Shown: positions 1 to 8,357 of the stretch, piece after piece
How the letters are laid out: each line of letters starts with the position of its first letter
Numbering within the stretch: the first letter of the stretch is position 1
Origin: an uncultured Eubacteriales bacterium
Lineage (GTDB): Bacteria > Bacillota > Clostridia > Christensenellales > CAG-917
Assembly: GCA_900545885.1 (NCBI GenBank)
Contig: URAF01000002.1
Location: 25,866 to 89,865 of the forward strand
Direction: 5' to 3'
Length of the DNA: 64,000 bases
Program-made: the position numbers and the translations under genes
Notes under the pieces: model-generated
Databases searched by the model: none
Told to the model about the DNA's origin: nothing
What the model saw: only the letters and a program-made list of their open reading frames with translations

Positions 1-495
1 AGTCTGTCGAGCCTGTTTGTCGTACTCAACGCGTTGCGTCTTAAATTTTTCAAGCCAAGCGTTTCTTCGGCACAATGCGCGGGAGCGTGTGCGGTAATAG
101 GAGGAAACGGGACTGTAAAAGTTGGAGCGCAAAAGATTGCAAACGAAAATAAATCGGACGAATGCATTTCCGCAGAGGAAGACGGCGAGGATTGCAATAA
201 TCTTGACAATGCGAAATCCGCGGGAAAACAAGCTCCCGCAGACATAAACGAAAATAATGATTTAAGGAGCGATAATATGAAAAACTACGTACTCGAAATT
301 AAAGGAATGATGTGTTCCCATTGCACGGGAAGGGTAGAAAAAGCCCTGGCGGCAGTAGACGGTGTGCAGTCTGTGAACGTGTCGTTGGAAAACGCTTGTG
401 CCGAAGTCGCGGCGACGGACGGCGTGACAGGCGAAACGTTGAAAAACGTCGTAACCGCGCAGGGATACGAAGTCACCGAAGTCAAAGAAAAGTAA
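1..495 (+). CDS. copA: Heavy-metal (Cu-type) P1B-ATPase, C-terminal end (5' part lies outside the window). The frame stays open through a ~70-aa linker into an HMA domain.
   Basis: Frame 1 is open from nt 1. SLSSLFVVLNALRLKFFKP matches the conserved last-TM/C-terminal motif (SS.SVV.NALRL) of CopA-type ATPases. There is no stop codon until 493-495. The last 72 aa form an HMA fold with GMMCSHC. Confidence 0.6.
   Translation, partial: SLSSLFVVLNALRLKFFKPSVSSAQCAGACAVIGGNGTVKVGAQKIANENKSDECISAEEDGEDCNNLDNAKSAGKQAPADINENNDLRSDNMKNYVLEIKGMMCSHCTGRVEKALAAVDGVQSVNVSLENACAEVAATDGVTGETLKNVVTAQGYEVTEVKEK
277..495 (+). CDS. copZ: CopZ-like heavy-metal-associated (HMA) copper chaperone module, nested in frame in the copA ORF, with a possible independent start
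   Basis: ATG at 277 is preceded by AAGGAG (264-269, 7-nt spacer). MKNYVLEIKGMMCSHCTGRVEKALAAVDGVQSVNVSLE... is a typical MxCxxC ferredoxin-like HMA domain. Confidence 0.55.
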   Translation: MKNYVLEIKGMMCSHCTGRVEKALAAVDGVQSVNVSLENACAEVAATDGVTGETLKNVVTAQGYEVTEVKEK

Positions 496-595
496 AATGC
501 ACGCTTTGTCCTTTGGACTTTGACATAGCGGCATAAACAGACCAGAACAAGGTAAATCGACTGTGGCTTAATCAGCTGCGGGTCAAGGAGAGAAT

Positions 596-859
596 ATGGT
601 AAGAGACGACGCAAAAATAATCCGTTTGCTCAAAACGGCGGGCGGGCAGATTGAAGGTATAATCAAAATGATAGAGGACAAAAAGTATTGCATAGACGTC
701 AGCAATCAGATATTGGCGTGTCAGGCGATTTTGTCCAAGGTCAACAAGGAAGTGTTGAACGCGCACTTGCATTCCTGCGTTCTTGCGTCCATAAAGAACG
801 GTGACGCAGACGAGAAAGTCGACGAGATTTCCGCAATCCTCGACAAGCTCATGAAATAG
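596..859 (+). CDS. csoR: CsoR/RcnR-family (DUF156) metal-sensing transcriptional repressor
   Basis: 87 aa. LKTAGGQIEGIIKMIEDKKYCIDVSNQILACQAIL...LNAHLHSCV carries the family C...H...C metal-ligand pattern. SD AAGGAG is upstream and the gene sits next to copA/copZ. Confidence 0.88.
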   Translation: MVRDDAKIIRLLKTAGGQIEGIIKMIEDKKYCIDVSNQILACQAILSKVNKEVLNAHLHSCVLASIKNGDADEKVDEISAILDKLMK

Positions 860-879
860 TGTCAAGGAAAAAACGTAAA

Positions 880-915
880 AAAAAGAGCGGCATTGCCGCT
901 CTTTTTGTTTTGTTT
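880..915. terminator. Bidirectional rho-independent terminator between csoR and the convergent membrane-protein gene
   Basis: Stem AGAGCGGC (884-891) pairs with GCCGCTCT (895-902). It is flanked by an A-run upstream and TTTTGTTTTGTTTT downstream. Confidence 0.8.
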
Positions 916-922
916 TGCGAAA

Positions 923-1516
923 TTACTTTTTGATGAAGAGAGCAGAGCCGCCTGCGATGCCGCCGAGAATGCCGCCAACGGCAAGGAGTGCCGCGCCTGC
1001 ACCGACAGTAGTTTTGGAGATTTCTTCAACAACGTTTGCGTCACCGGCAAGAGATGCGGTAAGCGCGATGGTGACAATTGCCGCAATGAGTGCGAGAATT
1101 CCGGCTGCGCCCGCCACAAAGCGAAGCAGACCGATGTTGACGAACATTTTGAGTGCGTATGCGATGGTTGCGATTGCAAGAAGCAGAACGGTAATGAGAG
1201 CGAATGCTACCATTGCGGTCATTTGACGTGCATTGCTTACAAGCTCTTTTGCGGCTTCAAGGATTTCTCCGGAAAGACCGAGTTCTTCTGCCTTATCAAT
1301 GCTTTCCTGTGCTTTTTTGACGGATTCCTGGAAATTTTCGTTGCTTATCGTGTCAAGTGCATCTGCAAAAGATGAGCTTGTCTTCTGTCCGAGAGTATCG
1401 GTTACCATCCAGTCATCGATTGCAAGACCGACGATTGCGAGAATCAAGCACACCACAAGTACGCCCAGTACGGCGAAATTCATTACGCTGATTTTCTTTT
1501 TTGCTTTTTTTGCCAT
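923..1516 (-). CDS. Hypothetical multi-pass membrane protein (paralog of 1693..2259)
   Basis: 197 aa, with ATG plus a GGAG SD. Layout is a basic N-terminus (MAKKAKKK), TM1, a ~75-aa hydrophilic loop, then 3 further hydrophobic helices. It shares GLAID(D/E)W and TAMVAF...LKM..N.GL.RF motifs with the neighbouring gene. Confidence 0.65.
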   Translation of the reverse strand: MAKKAKKKISVMNFAVLGVLVVCLILAIVGLAIDDWMVTDTLGQKTSSSFADALDTISNENFQESVKKAQESIDKAEELGLSGEILEAAKELVSNARQMTAMVAFALITVLLLAIATIAYALKMFVNIGLLRFVAGAAGILALIAAIVTIALTASLAGDANVVEEISKTTVGAGAALLAVGGILGGIAGGSALFIKK

Positions 1517-1692
1517 AACTAACTCCTTTTTCCCCCGGATATTACCGAGTTCTGATATTAGAATTTTAACAAATCGTTAGACACGTGTCAAGAAACAATA
1601 TTTTTGCAAAATTGACGTGGTTGACAAGTGTCGATAAATTTGATAGTTTTCTAATATATCATCTTGTCTTGCGGCAAGTACAGGAGGTAATA

Positions 1693-2259
1693 ATGGCAAA
1701 AGCAAAACAAAAAGCAGGAATGCTCGGAATACTGATGGGGGTAGTAGTCGTGGCGATGTGCGCAATGTCCATTGCGGGGCTGGCTATTGACGAATGGACG
1801 GTAGTCAAAACATCCTCCGAACTCATAGGCGCGGAAGGCGACACTTCGTTCTCTTTCGGATATTACAGTGATTCGGTCATCGGCGAAGACGGTGAAAAGC
1901 TCGAAGATATCACGATTGCTTTCGACTCCGATAACCAGGAATCGATGCGTACGGCAATGGTGGCATTCGGATACATTGCGGTTATCGCCGTCTGTGCGCT
2001 TGCAGTGCTATATCTTCTGAAAATGGTGCTTAACTTCGGACTTATGCGTTTTCTGGTCGGATTGCTCGGAATAGTCACACTTGCGGCAGGAGCCGTACTT
2101 ACGGGTGTGACGGCGTCTTATTGCGCGAATTTTGCGGGTAACATCAGTATCGGCAGCATCGTAAGCAACGAACTTATGATGGGTACGGGCGCATATCTTG
2201 CGTGCATAGGAACGATGGCGGGCGGTCTTGCGGCAATCGTAGGCGTAGCAAGAAAATAA
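1693..2259 (+). CDS. Hypothetical multi-pass membrane protein (paralog of 923..1516)
   Basis: ATG at 1693 has AGGAGG 6 nt upstream; the track ORF starts earlier, at 1585. The sequence MAKAKQKAG...GLAIDEWTV...RTAMVAFGYIAV...LKMVLNFGLMRFLVG shows the same topology as the divergent neighbour. Confidence 0.65.
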   Translation: MAKAKQKAGMLGILMGVVVVAMCAMSIAGLAIDEWTVVKTSSELIGAEGDTSFSFGYYSDSVIGEDGEKLEDITIAFDSDNQESMRTAMVAFGYIAVIAVCALAVLYLLKMVLNFGLMRFLVGLLGIVTLAAGAVLTGVTASYCANFAGNISIGSIVSNELMMGTGAYLACIGTMAGGLAAIVGVARK

Positions 2260-2289
2260 TCTTACCGCACAAAGAACAAAATCAACAAA

Positions 2290-2327
2290 AAACGAAATCC
2301 CTCTGCAATGCGCAGAGGGATTTTGTT
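2290..2327. terminator. Bidirectional rho-independent terminator (serves fhs on the minus strand and 1693..2259 on the plus strand)
   Basis: AAATCCCTCTGC (2295-2306) pairs with GCAGAGGGATTT (2312-2323). An A-run lies on one side and a T-run on the other. Confidence 0.8.
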
Positions 2328-2408
2328 ATGCGATAAATCATCAACCGAAATTATTTTTATGACCGAAATGCAATTTACCGAACGTAAAATGCTGTTTGCC
2401 GAAAGGTA

Positions 2409-4064
2409 TTACATCAAGCCGTTGATTTCGCCGGTTTCGGAGTCGATGGTGATGCGTTCGGTGTTGGGGGACGCGCCGAGTCCCGGCATAAGCAGGATTT
2501 TGCCGCTGACGACGACGAGGAACTCCGCGCCTGCGCGGGGAATGACATCCTGAACTTCGAACGTAAATCCGTCGGGTGCGCCCAACGCTTTTTCGTCGCA
2601 AGAGAAGGAGTACTGCGTTTTCGCAATACAGACAGGGTAGTTCGCGTATTCGGGATTTGCGTCGATTTTTGCAAGATGTTCGAGGGCAAGAGGAGAGTAG
2701 ACGATTTCACCCGCACCGTAAATCTTTTGCGCGACTGCGGCGATTTTGTCGCGGGTGGACGCGTCAAGGGGATAGGTGAAACTGACGTCGCGGGGTTCGT
2801 CGCCGATTGTGTCGATGACGCGTTTGGCAAGGTCGATTGCGCCTTTTCCGCCCTTTGCAAATCCTTCGCAAAGTTCCGCCACGGCACCGCATTCCGCACA
2901 CAGCTTTTTAAGCAGGTCAAGTTCCGCGTCGGTGTCGGTGTAGAAACGGTTTATTGCCATAACAACACGTTGATTGAATCCTTTCAGGTTGTTTAAGTGG
3001 CGTTTTACGTTGGAAAAGCCTTTTTCAAGCGCTTCGAGATTTTCTTTTTGGGCGTCTTCTTTCGGCACTCCGCCGTTGAATTTCAAGCCGCGTGCGGTGA
3101 CGACAAGCACGACGCAATCGGGTTTCAAATCCGCCTTGCGGCATTTGATGTCGAGGAACTTCTCACCGCCGAGTTCGGCACCGAATCCCGCTTCGGTCAC
3201 GACATAGTCGCCGTGTGCCATTGCCGCGCGTGTTGCGAGTATGCTGTTGCACCCGTGGGCTATGTTGGCGAAAGGTCCGCCGTGTACGTAGGCAGGCGTG
3301 CCTTCGAGGGTCTGCACGAGATTGGGTTTGACCGCGTCTTTGAGGAGTACTGCCATGGACTCCTGCGCGTTGAGGTCGCGTGCGCGGATTTCCGCGCCGT
3401 CCGCATCGTATCCGATGACGATGTTTCCGAGTCTGCGTTTGAGGTCGGCAAAAGATGTTGCAAGACAGAGTATAGCCATTATTTCGCTTGCCGCGGTTAT
3501 GGTGAACCCGTCCGTGCGGGGCACGCCGTTGGCTTTGCCGCCGAGTCCCACTTCGACGACGCGGAGTGCGCGGTCGTTGAGGTCAAGACACCTTCTCCAT
3601 ATGACTTCTTTTATGCCCAGTTTGTTGCCGAAATGGATATGGTTGTCGATGAGTGCGGAAAGCAGGTTGTTTGCGGAGGTTATGGCGTGGAAGTCGCCCG
3701 TGAAATGCAGGTTGATGTCTTCCATCGGGATAATTTGTGCATATCCACCGCCGCAGGCTCCGCCTTTTATTCCGAATACGGGTCCGAGAGAAGGCTCGCG
3801 CAAAGCAAGCACGGCGTTTTTGCCGAGCAGGTTCATTCCGTCTGCAAGGCTTATGCTCATCGTGGTTTTGCCCTCTCCGAGGGGAGTGGGGTTCATAGCC
3901 GTGACGAGAATGAGTTTCGCTTTGCTCTTTTTTGTCGAAACGGGCACTTTGGCTTTGTATTTGCCGTAGAGTTCGATGTCGTCGTCGGTGTATCCGAGCT
4001 TGTGCGCTATTTCGGCAATGGGGACGGGCTTTGCCTGTCTTGCAATTTCAACGTCGCTTAACAT
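2409..4064 (-). CDS. fhs: Formate--tetrahydrofolate ligase
   Basis: 551 aa. MLSDVEIARQAKPVPIAEIAHKLG... and NPTPLGEGKTT are hallmark FTHFS sequences and the length is full. Confidence 0.95.
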   Translation of the reverse strand: MLSDVEIARQAKPVPIAEIAHKLGYTDDDIELYGKYKAKVPVSTKKSKAKLILVTAMNPTPLGEGKTTMSISLADGMNLLGKNAVLALREPSLGPVFGIKGGACGGGYAQIIPMEDINLHFTGDFHAITSANNLLSALIDNHIHFGNKLGIKEVIWRRCLDLNDRALRVVEVGLGGKANGVPRTDGFTITAASEIMAILCLATSFADLKRRLGNIVIGYDADGAEIRARDLNAQESMAVLLKDAVKPNLVQTLEGTPAYVHGGPFANIAHGCNSILATRAAMAHGDYVVTEAGFGAELGGEKFLDIKCRKADLKPDCVVLVVTARGLKFNGGVPKEDAQKENLEALEKGFSNVKRHLNNLKGFNQRVVMAINRFYTDTDAELDLLKKLCAECGAVAELCEGFAKGGKGAIDLAKRVIDTIGDEPRDVSFTYPLDASTRDKIAAVAQKIYGAGEIVYSPLALEHLAKIDANPEYANYPVCIAKTQYSFSCDEKALGAPDGFTFEVQDVIPRAGAEFLVVVSGKILLMPGLGASPNTERITIDSETGEINGLM

Positions 4065-4248
4065 AATTTTCTCCCTATGGTGAATTCGCGGTCGCTTGCG
4101 CGGTGCATTTTAGACAAGTATAATACATTCCGCAATTTTTTTCCACAAAAAGGGCGTTTTTGAAAATTTATTTATTGCGGGATCGGCATTCTTATAATAT
4201 AATTGTCCCATAGAACGCGGACGCGTTCCGGGTTGATAAGGAGATATT

Positions 4249-4935
4249 ATGAAGAAAGAACTTTCCAAAAAGGAAAAGGTCCAGATATGGCTTTTCGCTT
4301 TGTCGTTTGCGATTATAGTCCTCGGGATACTTTTCCTCGTTAACGCTATGCAGGAAGACCCTGCAAACGGATTTTTCCCCGCTTTCTGCGCAATGGACAA
4401 CATTCTTGCCAAGTACATAATCGTCATCGTTACTATGGCGACGGGCATTATGCTGTTCTCCAACGTGGCAATCACCCTCGAAGACAAAAAACTGCGCAAC
4501 GGTCTGACAATCGGTATCACGGTGTTCTCCACCATACTGACAATCCCGCTCGTGTACGTTTTCGTGGCGATTATGCCTTATGCCGCAAACCCTCTGCCTT
4601 TTGAACAACTCAATCCCCTTGACGCACTTATGCGCACGGACAGAATACATCAGGGATTTGTCGCGTGGTTCGGTGACGGCGCGTTTATGTGGGTTGTGCT
4701 TGCCGTAATGCTCATTTTGTCGCTGGTTTTCATCACGTTCCCCATTCTGACCGGAGTTATGGCAGTCAAAAGCGAAAAAACTCTCGGCTTGAAAAAGGGC
4801 GGCGGCTTCGGAGTTATCGTCCTGCCCGTCGTCGAAAAACAGCGTGCCGCGGCGGCAGCCGCAAGTGCGGAAGACGTGGAAAGCGCGGATTTTGCGTGCG
4901 CGCCCGCCTGTTCGGTCGAAGAAGCGGAAGAGTAG
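4249..4935 (+). CDS. Hypothetical membrane protein
   Basis: 228 aa with AAGGAG SD. It has several hydrophobic helices and an Ala/Glu-rich C-terminal tail. I recognise no family. Confidence 0.6.
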   Translation: MKKELSKKEKVQIWLFALSFAIIVLGILFLVNAMQEDPANGFFPAFCAMDNILAKYIIVIVTMATGIMLFSNVAITLEDKKLRNGLTIGITVFSTILTIPLVYVFVAIMPYAANPLPFEQLNPLDALMRTDRIHQGFVAWFGDGAFMWVVLAVMLILSLVFITFPILTGVMAVKSEKTLGLKKGGGFGVIVLPVVEKQRAAAAAASAEDVESADFACAPACSVEEAEE

Positions 4936-4970
4936 AACCGAAAATCGACAGACCCCAAATTTATGGAACA

Positions 4971-5000
4971 AAAAACCGTGTCGGTGGACACGGTTTTTTT
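4971..5000. terminator. Bidirectional rho-independent terminator (serves 4249..4935 and dapB)
   Basis: AAAAACCGTGTC (4971-4982) pairs with GACACGGTTTTT (4987-4998) across loop GGTG. The 12-bp stem includes both the A-tract and the T-tract. Confidence 0.85.
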
Positions 5001-5074
5001 GCACGTATTTTTTGGTTGTTGGCCGTTGAGATTTCCGAAAGTATTTGCTCGCGCGGGTGCGCGGTGTGTGGAAG

Positions 5075-6271
5075 TTATTTTATGCCGTAATACTTTTTGA
5101 GTGCGGCTTCCGCGGCGGGGAGGGATTTCTCGTCTATGCAGCAGGAAATCTTCGTTTCGGAAGTGGTGATTGCGTAAATCTTCGCGCCGAGTTCTTTCAG
5201 CATGGACAGAACTTCGAGGGCAACGCCGCTCTTATGTTCCATACCTGCGCCTTCCGCCGTGATTTTGCAAGCGCCGAGTATTGCGTTCTTTGCAAATTCG
5301 GGTTTGATGTATTCCTGTATTTTGGCAAAATCTTTCTGGTTTGCGGTGAAAGATACGGCGGCTGTTCCGTCTGCGTTGTAGTTCTGGCTTATCATATCCA
5401 GATTGACGTCTTTTTCCTTGATTGCGGCAAGCAGAGAAAGGAAATCCGCAAAGGGAATGGAGGGCAGAGTGACGAGTGCGACGTCTTTTTCTGCGGATAC
5501 GGAAGTAACGGCGTAGAAGTTGCCGATTATGGAAGTCATGTCATACAGTCCCGCGGACTGTTCCATAAGGAACTGCGCCGCGCGGAGTGCGCCTCTTGCG
5601 AAAACTTCTTTGCTTTCGGCTTCGTGCGAAAGTTTGATGACTTCGCCCGCGCCGAGGAACATTACGTCGTGTTTTCCGACAACCGTGCCGCCGCGTATTG
5701 CGTGAATGCCGATTTCGTTCTTTTCGCGTCTTTGGTGTGCGGCGTGTCTGCCGTATGCGGGAACGAGGGAATTGTCACGCACGCTGTTGATTGCTTCGGC
5801 AAGGGTGAGAGCGGTGCCGCTCGGAGCGTCGAGTTTGTGGTTGTGGTGCATTTCCACGATTTCGATGTCGTACGCTTCGCCGAGGAATTTGGCCGCTTCT
5901 TTTGAAAGGCTTGCAAGCAGGTTTACGCCGAGCGACATATTGCTGGCTTTGAAAATCGCGATTTCGTTTGCCGCGAACTGTATGCGTTTGAGCTGTTCTT
6001 CGGTGTATCCCGTGGTAGCGAGTACGACGCGGCATTTTCTTTCCACGGCGTATGCCAGAATGTCGTCAAGTGCGCTTGCGGACGAAAAGTCGACGATTAC
6101 GTCGACGTCGAGGGCGGCTTCGCTGAAACTTTTGTAGACGGGATAGGGTAAATCAGTCGCGCCAAAGGCGTCGACTCCGAACACGATATTGAAGTCTTCG
6201 GAGCCGATGAGAGTTTTGTAAATGGTTCTACCAATTCTTCCGGCGGCGCCGGAAACGGCGATGTTTATCAT
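5075..6271 (-). CDS. dapB: 4-hydroxy-tetrahydrodipicolinate reductase fused to C-terminal aspartokinase-like ACT domains
   Basis: N-terminal ~250 aa: MINIAVSGAAGRIGR (NAD(P) loop) and EMHHNHKLDAPSGTA (DapB signature). C-terminal ~145 aa: KITAEGAGMEHKSGVALEVLSMLKELGAKIYAITTSETKISCCIDEK resembles the ACT pair of LysC. Confidence 0.88.
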   Translation of the reverse strand: MINIAVSGAAGRIGRTIYKTLIGSEDFNIVFGVDAFGATDLPYPVYKSFSEAALDVDVIVDFSSASALDDILAYAVERKCRVVLATTGYTEEQLKRIQFAANEIAIFKASNMSLGVNLLASLSKEAAKFLGEAYDIEIVEMHHNHKLDAPSGTALTLAEAINSVRDNSLVPAYGRHAAHQRREKNEIGIHAIRGGTVVGKHDVMFLGAGEVIKLSHEAESKEVFARGALRAAQFLMEQSAGLYDMTSIIGNFYAVTSVSAEKDVALVTLPSIPFADFLSLLAAIKEKDVNLDMISQNYNADGTAAVSFTANQKDFAKIQEYIKPEFAKNAILGACKITAEGAGMEHKSGVALEVLSMLKELGAKIYAITTSETKISCCIDEKSLPAAEAALKKYYGIK

Positions 6272-6287
6272 AATGGTTGAAATCCGA

Positions 6288-7157
6288 TCAGTTGAAATCG
6301 GGCAGAAGTTCTGCGAGTTTCTTGGTGTTTTCTTCCGTCATCTCGGTGAGGGGCAGACGGAGTATTCCGTTGCAAAGGCCTCTCATTTCGGCGGCTTTCT
6401 TTACGGGTATGGGGTTGACTTCCGAGAATATTGCTTTCACGAAAGGCAACATTTTGAGCTGCATATCCGCGGCTTTTGCGATGTCGCCCGCGAGCATTGC
6501 GCTCGTCATATCGGAAGTGAACTTCGGAGCAACGTTGCTTACCACGCTTATGACGCCGATACCGCCCATTGCCATAACGGGAACGGTGATGCCGTCGTCG
6601 CCGCTGTACACGTCGGCTTTGCCGCGGGACAGGCGGATTGCTTCCTCAATCTGTTCCATATTGCCGCTTGCTTCCTTGATTGCGACGATGTTGTCGAGTT
6701 CGGCAAGTTTGGCAAACGTTGCGGGCAGAAGGTTGACGCCCGTACGCCCGGGGACGTTGTAGCAGATGATGGGAAGACTGACCGCTTGCGCTATTGCGGT
6801 GTAGTGCGCGATAAGTCCCTGTTGGGTTGCTTTGTTGTAGTAAGGAGTGACGACGAGCAGAGCGTCCGCGCCCATTTGCTCTGCGAGGACGGACATTTCG
6901 ATTGCCGCTTTCGTGGAATTCGCGCCCGTGCCCACAATGATAGGGAGTTTGCCTTTCAGCTTTTTCACGGTGAATTCGATGACGGATTTTTTCTCGTCAA
7001 GGCTCATAGTGGCGGGCTCGCCCGTAGTGCCGAGAATGACGAGAGCGTTCACGCCGTTTGCTACCTGTTGGTCGAGAAGACGGTTCAGGCTTTCAAAATC
7101 CACACCCGACTCCGTGAACGGAGTGATGAGTGCCGTGGCAGTACCCTTGAATATCAT
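6288..7157 (-). CDS. dapA: 4-hydroxy-tetrahydrodipicolinate synthase
   Basis: 289 aa. TALITPF...GVNALVILGTTGEPATMSLDEKK and YNVPGRTG are typical DapA motifs. Confidence 0.93.
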   Translation of the reverse strand: MIFKGTATALITPFTESGVDFESLNRLLDQQVANGVNALVILGTTGEPATMSLDEKKSVIEFTVKKLKGKLPIIVGTGANSTKAAIEMSVLAEQMGADALLVVTPYYNKATQQGLIAHYTAIAQAVSLPIICYNVPGRTGVNLLPATFAKLAELDNIVAIKEASGNMEQIEEAIRLSRGKADVYSGDDGITVPVMAMGGIGVISVVSNVAPKFTSDMTSAMLAGDIAKAADMQLKMLPFVKAIFSEVNPIPVKKAAEMRGLCNGILRLPLTEMTEENTKKLAELLPDFN

Positions 7158-7160
7158 TGT

Positions 7161-8171
7161 TTATGCCTCCAAAGCGTTTTTGATGAGAAGTTGGACAATC
7201 TGAACGGCGTTGGTTGCCGCGCCTTTTCTGATGTTGTCCGCGACGCACCAAAGGTTTACGCCGCTGTCCACGCTTTCGTCGATGCGGATACGTCCGACAA
7301 AGACTTCGTCGTGGTTTTCAGCCATAATGGGCATGGGGTAAACGTTGTTGGCGACGTCGTCCTGAACGACGATTCCGGGGAAGTTTTCAAGGCACGCGAA
7401 CACCGCTTCTTTGGTGCAGGGTTTCTTGAATTCGACGTTGATGGACTCGCTGTGTCCGTGGAACACGGGAACGCGTACGGTGGTAGCCGTAATGCGCAGA
7501 GTCTGGTCGTGCAGGATTTTTTTGGTTTCCTCGATCATCTTCCATTCCTCTTTGGTGTAACCGTTTTCGAGGAAAACGTCGATGTGAGGGAGCATATTGT
7601 AAGCGATGGGGTAGGGGAACTTCTTGGGAGCTTCGCCCGCGATACCGTTTTTGAGGTCGTTGTATCCCGCAACACCCGCACCGGAAACTGCCTGATAGGT
7701 GGAGTATATTATACGTTTGATGCCGAAAGTGTCGTACAAAGGTTTGAGAGCGACAACTGCCTGAATGGTAGAGCAGTTGGGGTTGGCGATGATGCCTTTA
7801 TTCCATTTGACGTCTTCGGGGTTGACTTCGGGAACGACGAGGGGAACGTCTTTGTCCATACGCCACTGGCTGCTGTTGTCGACAACGACCGCGCCCGCTT
7901 TGACGAATACGGGAGCGAACTGTTTGGACGTACCTGCGCCTGCGGAGAACAGTGCGAAATCTACTTTGCCCGCGAGAGCCATAACGTTTTCTTCGGTGAG
8001 CTCGATGACGGTGTGGGGCTTGCCCATGAAATCGATTTGTTTACCCGCGCTTCTTGCGGATGCGAACAGGTAATAATTCTCGACGGGAAGCTGTCTTTCC
8101 GTGAGTACTTCGAGGAACTTGTTGCCTACCATACCGGTAGCGCCGACCACGGCGATGTTGAACTTTTTCAT
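7161..8171 (-). CDS. asd: Aspartate-semialdehyde dehydrogenase
   Basis: The start MKKFNIAVVGATGMVG is at 8171, with GGAGG 5-6 nt upstream. NPNCSTIQ contains the active-site Cys. The track ORF extends to 8243, but that upstream part has no SD. Confidence 0.93.
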   Translation of the reverse strand: MKKFNIAVVGATGMVGNKFLEVLTERQLPVENYYLFASARSAGKQIDFMGKPHTVIELTEENVMALAGKVDFALFSAGAGTSKQFAPVFVKAGAVVVDNSSQWRMDKDVPLVVPEVNPEDVKWNKGIIANPNCSTIQAVVALKPLYDTFGIKRIIYSTYQAVSGAGVAGYNDLKNGIAGEAPKKFPYPIAYNMLPHIDVFLENGYTKEEWKMIEETKKILHDQTLRITATTVRVPVFHGHSESINVEFKKPCTKEAVFACLENFPGIVVQDDVANNVYPMPIMAENHDEVFVGRIRIDESVDSGVNLWCVADNIRKGAATNAVQIVQLLIKNALEA

Positions 8172-8202
8172 AAAACCTCCAGATTTGCCCCTTATTGTAG
8201 AG

Positions 8203-8231
8203 AGTATATTGTCACGCTCGTAAAATGTCAA
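8203..8231 (-). promoter_or_regulatory. Sigma-A-type promoter of the asd-dapA-dapB operon
   Basis: On the minus strand: TTGACA (8231-8226), a 17-nt spacer, then TATACT (8208-8203). The leader to the asd ATG is ~30 nt, which leaves no room for a riboswitch. Confidence 0.6.
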
Positions 8232-8301
8232 TAATATTGGCAAAATTTGAGCTTATATTTGTTATTATCGGATATATTTTTCTATAATTTATTTTATTTA
8301 T

Positions 8302-8330
8302 TTGATATTTGTTGTGTGTTAGTGTAGAAT
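8302..8330 (+). promoter_or_regulatory. Sigma-A-type promoter of the 8358..11882 operon
   Basis: TTGATA (8302-8307), a 17-nt spacer, then TAGAAT (8325-8330), set in a very AT-rich stretch. Confidence 0.55.
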
Positions 8331-8357
8331 GAATGCAATCTTCACTCAGGAGCAATT

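Noticed and set aside
6222-8234. A 670-aa plus-strand ORF that spans the dapB 5' end, dapA and asd
   Set aside because: dapA and asd share the same frame phase, so their shadow ORFs join into one. The sense-strand products carry unambiguous DapA and Asd motifs.
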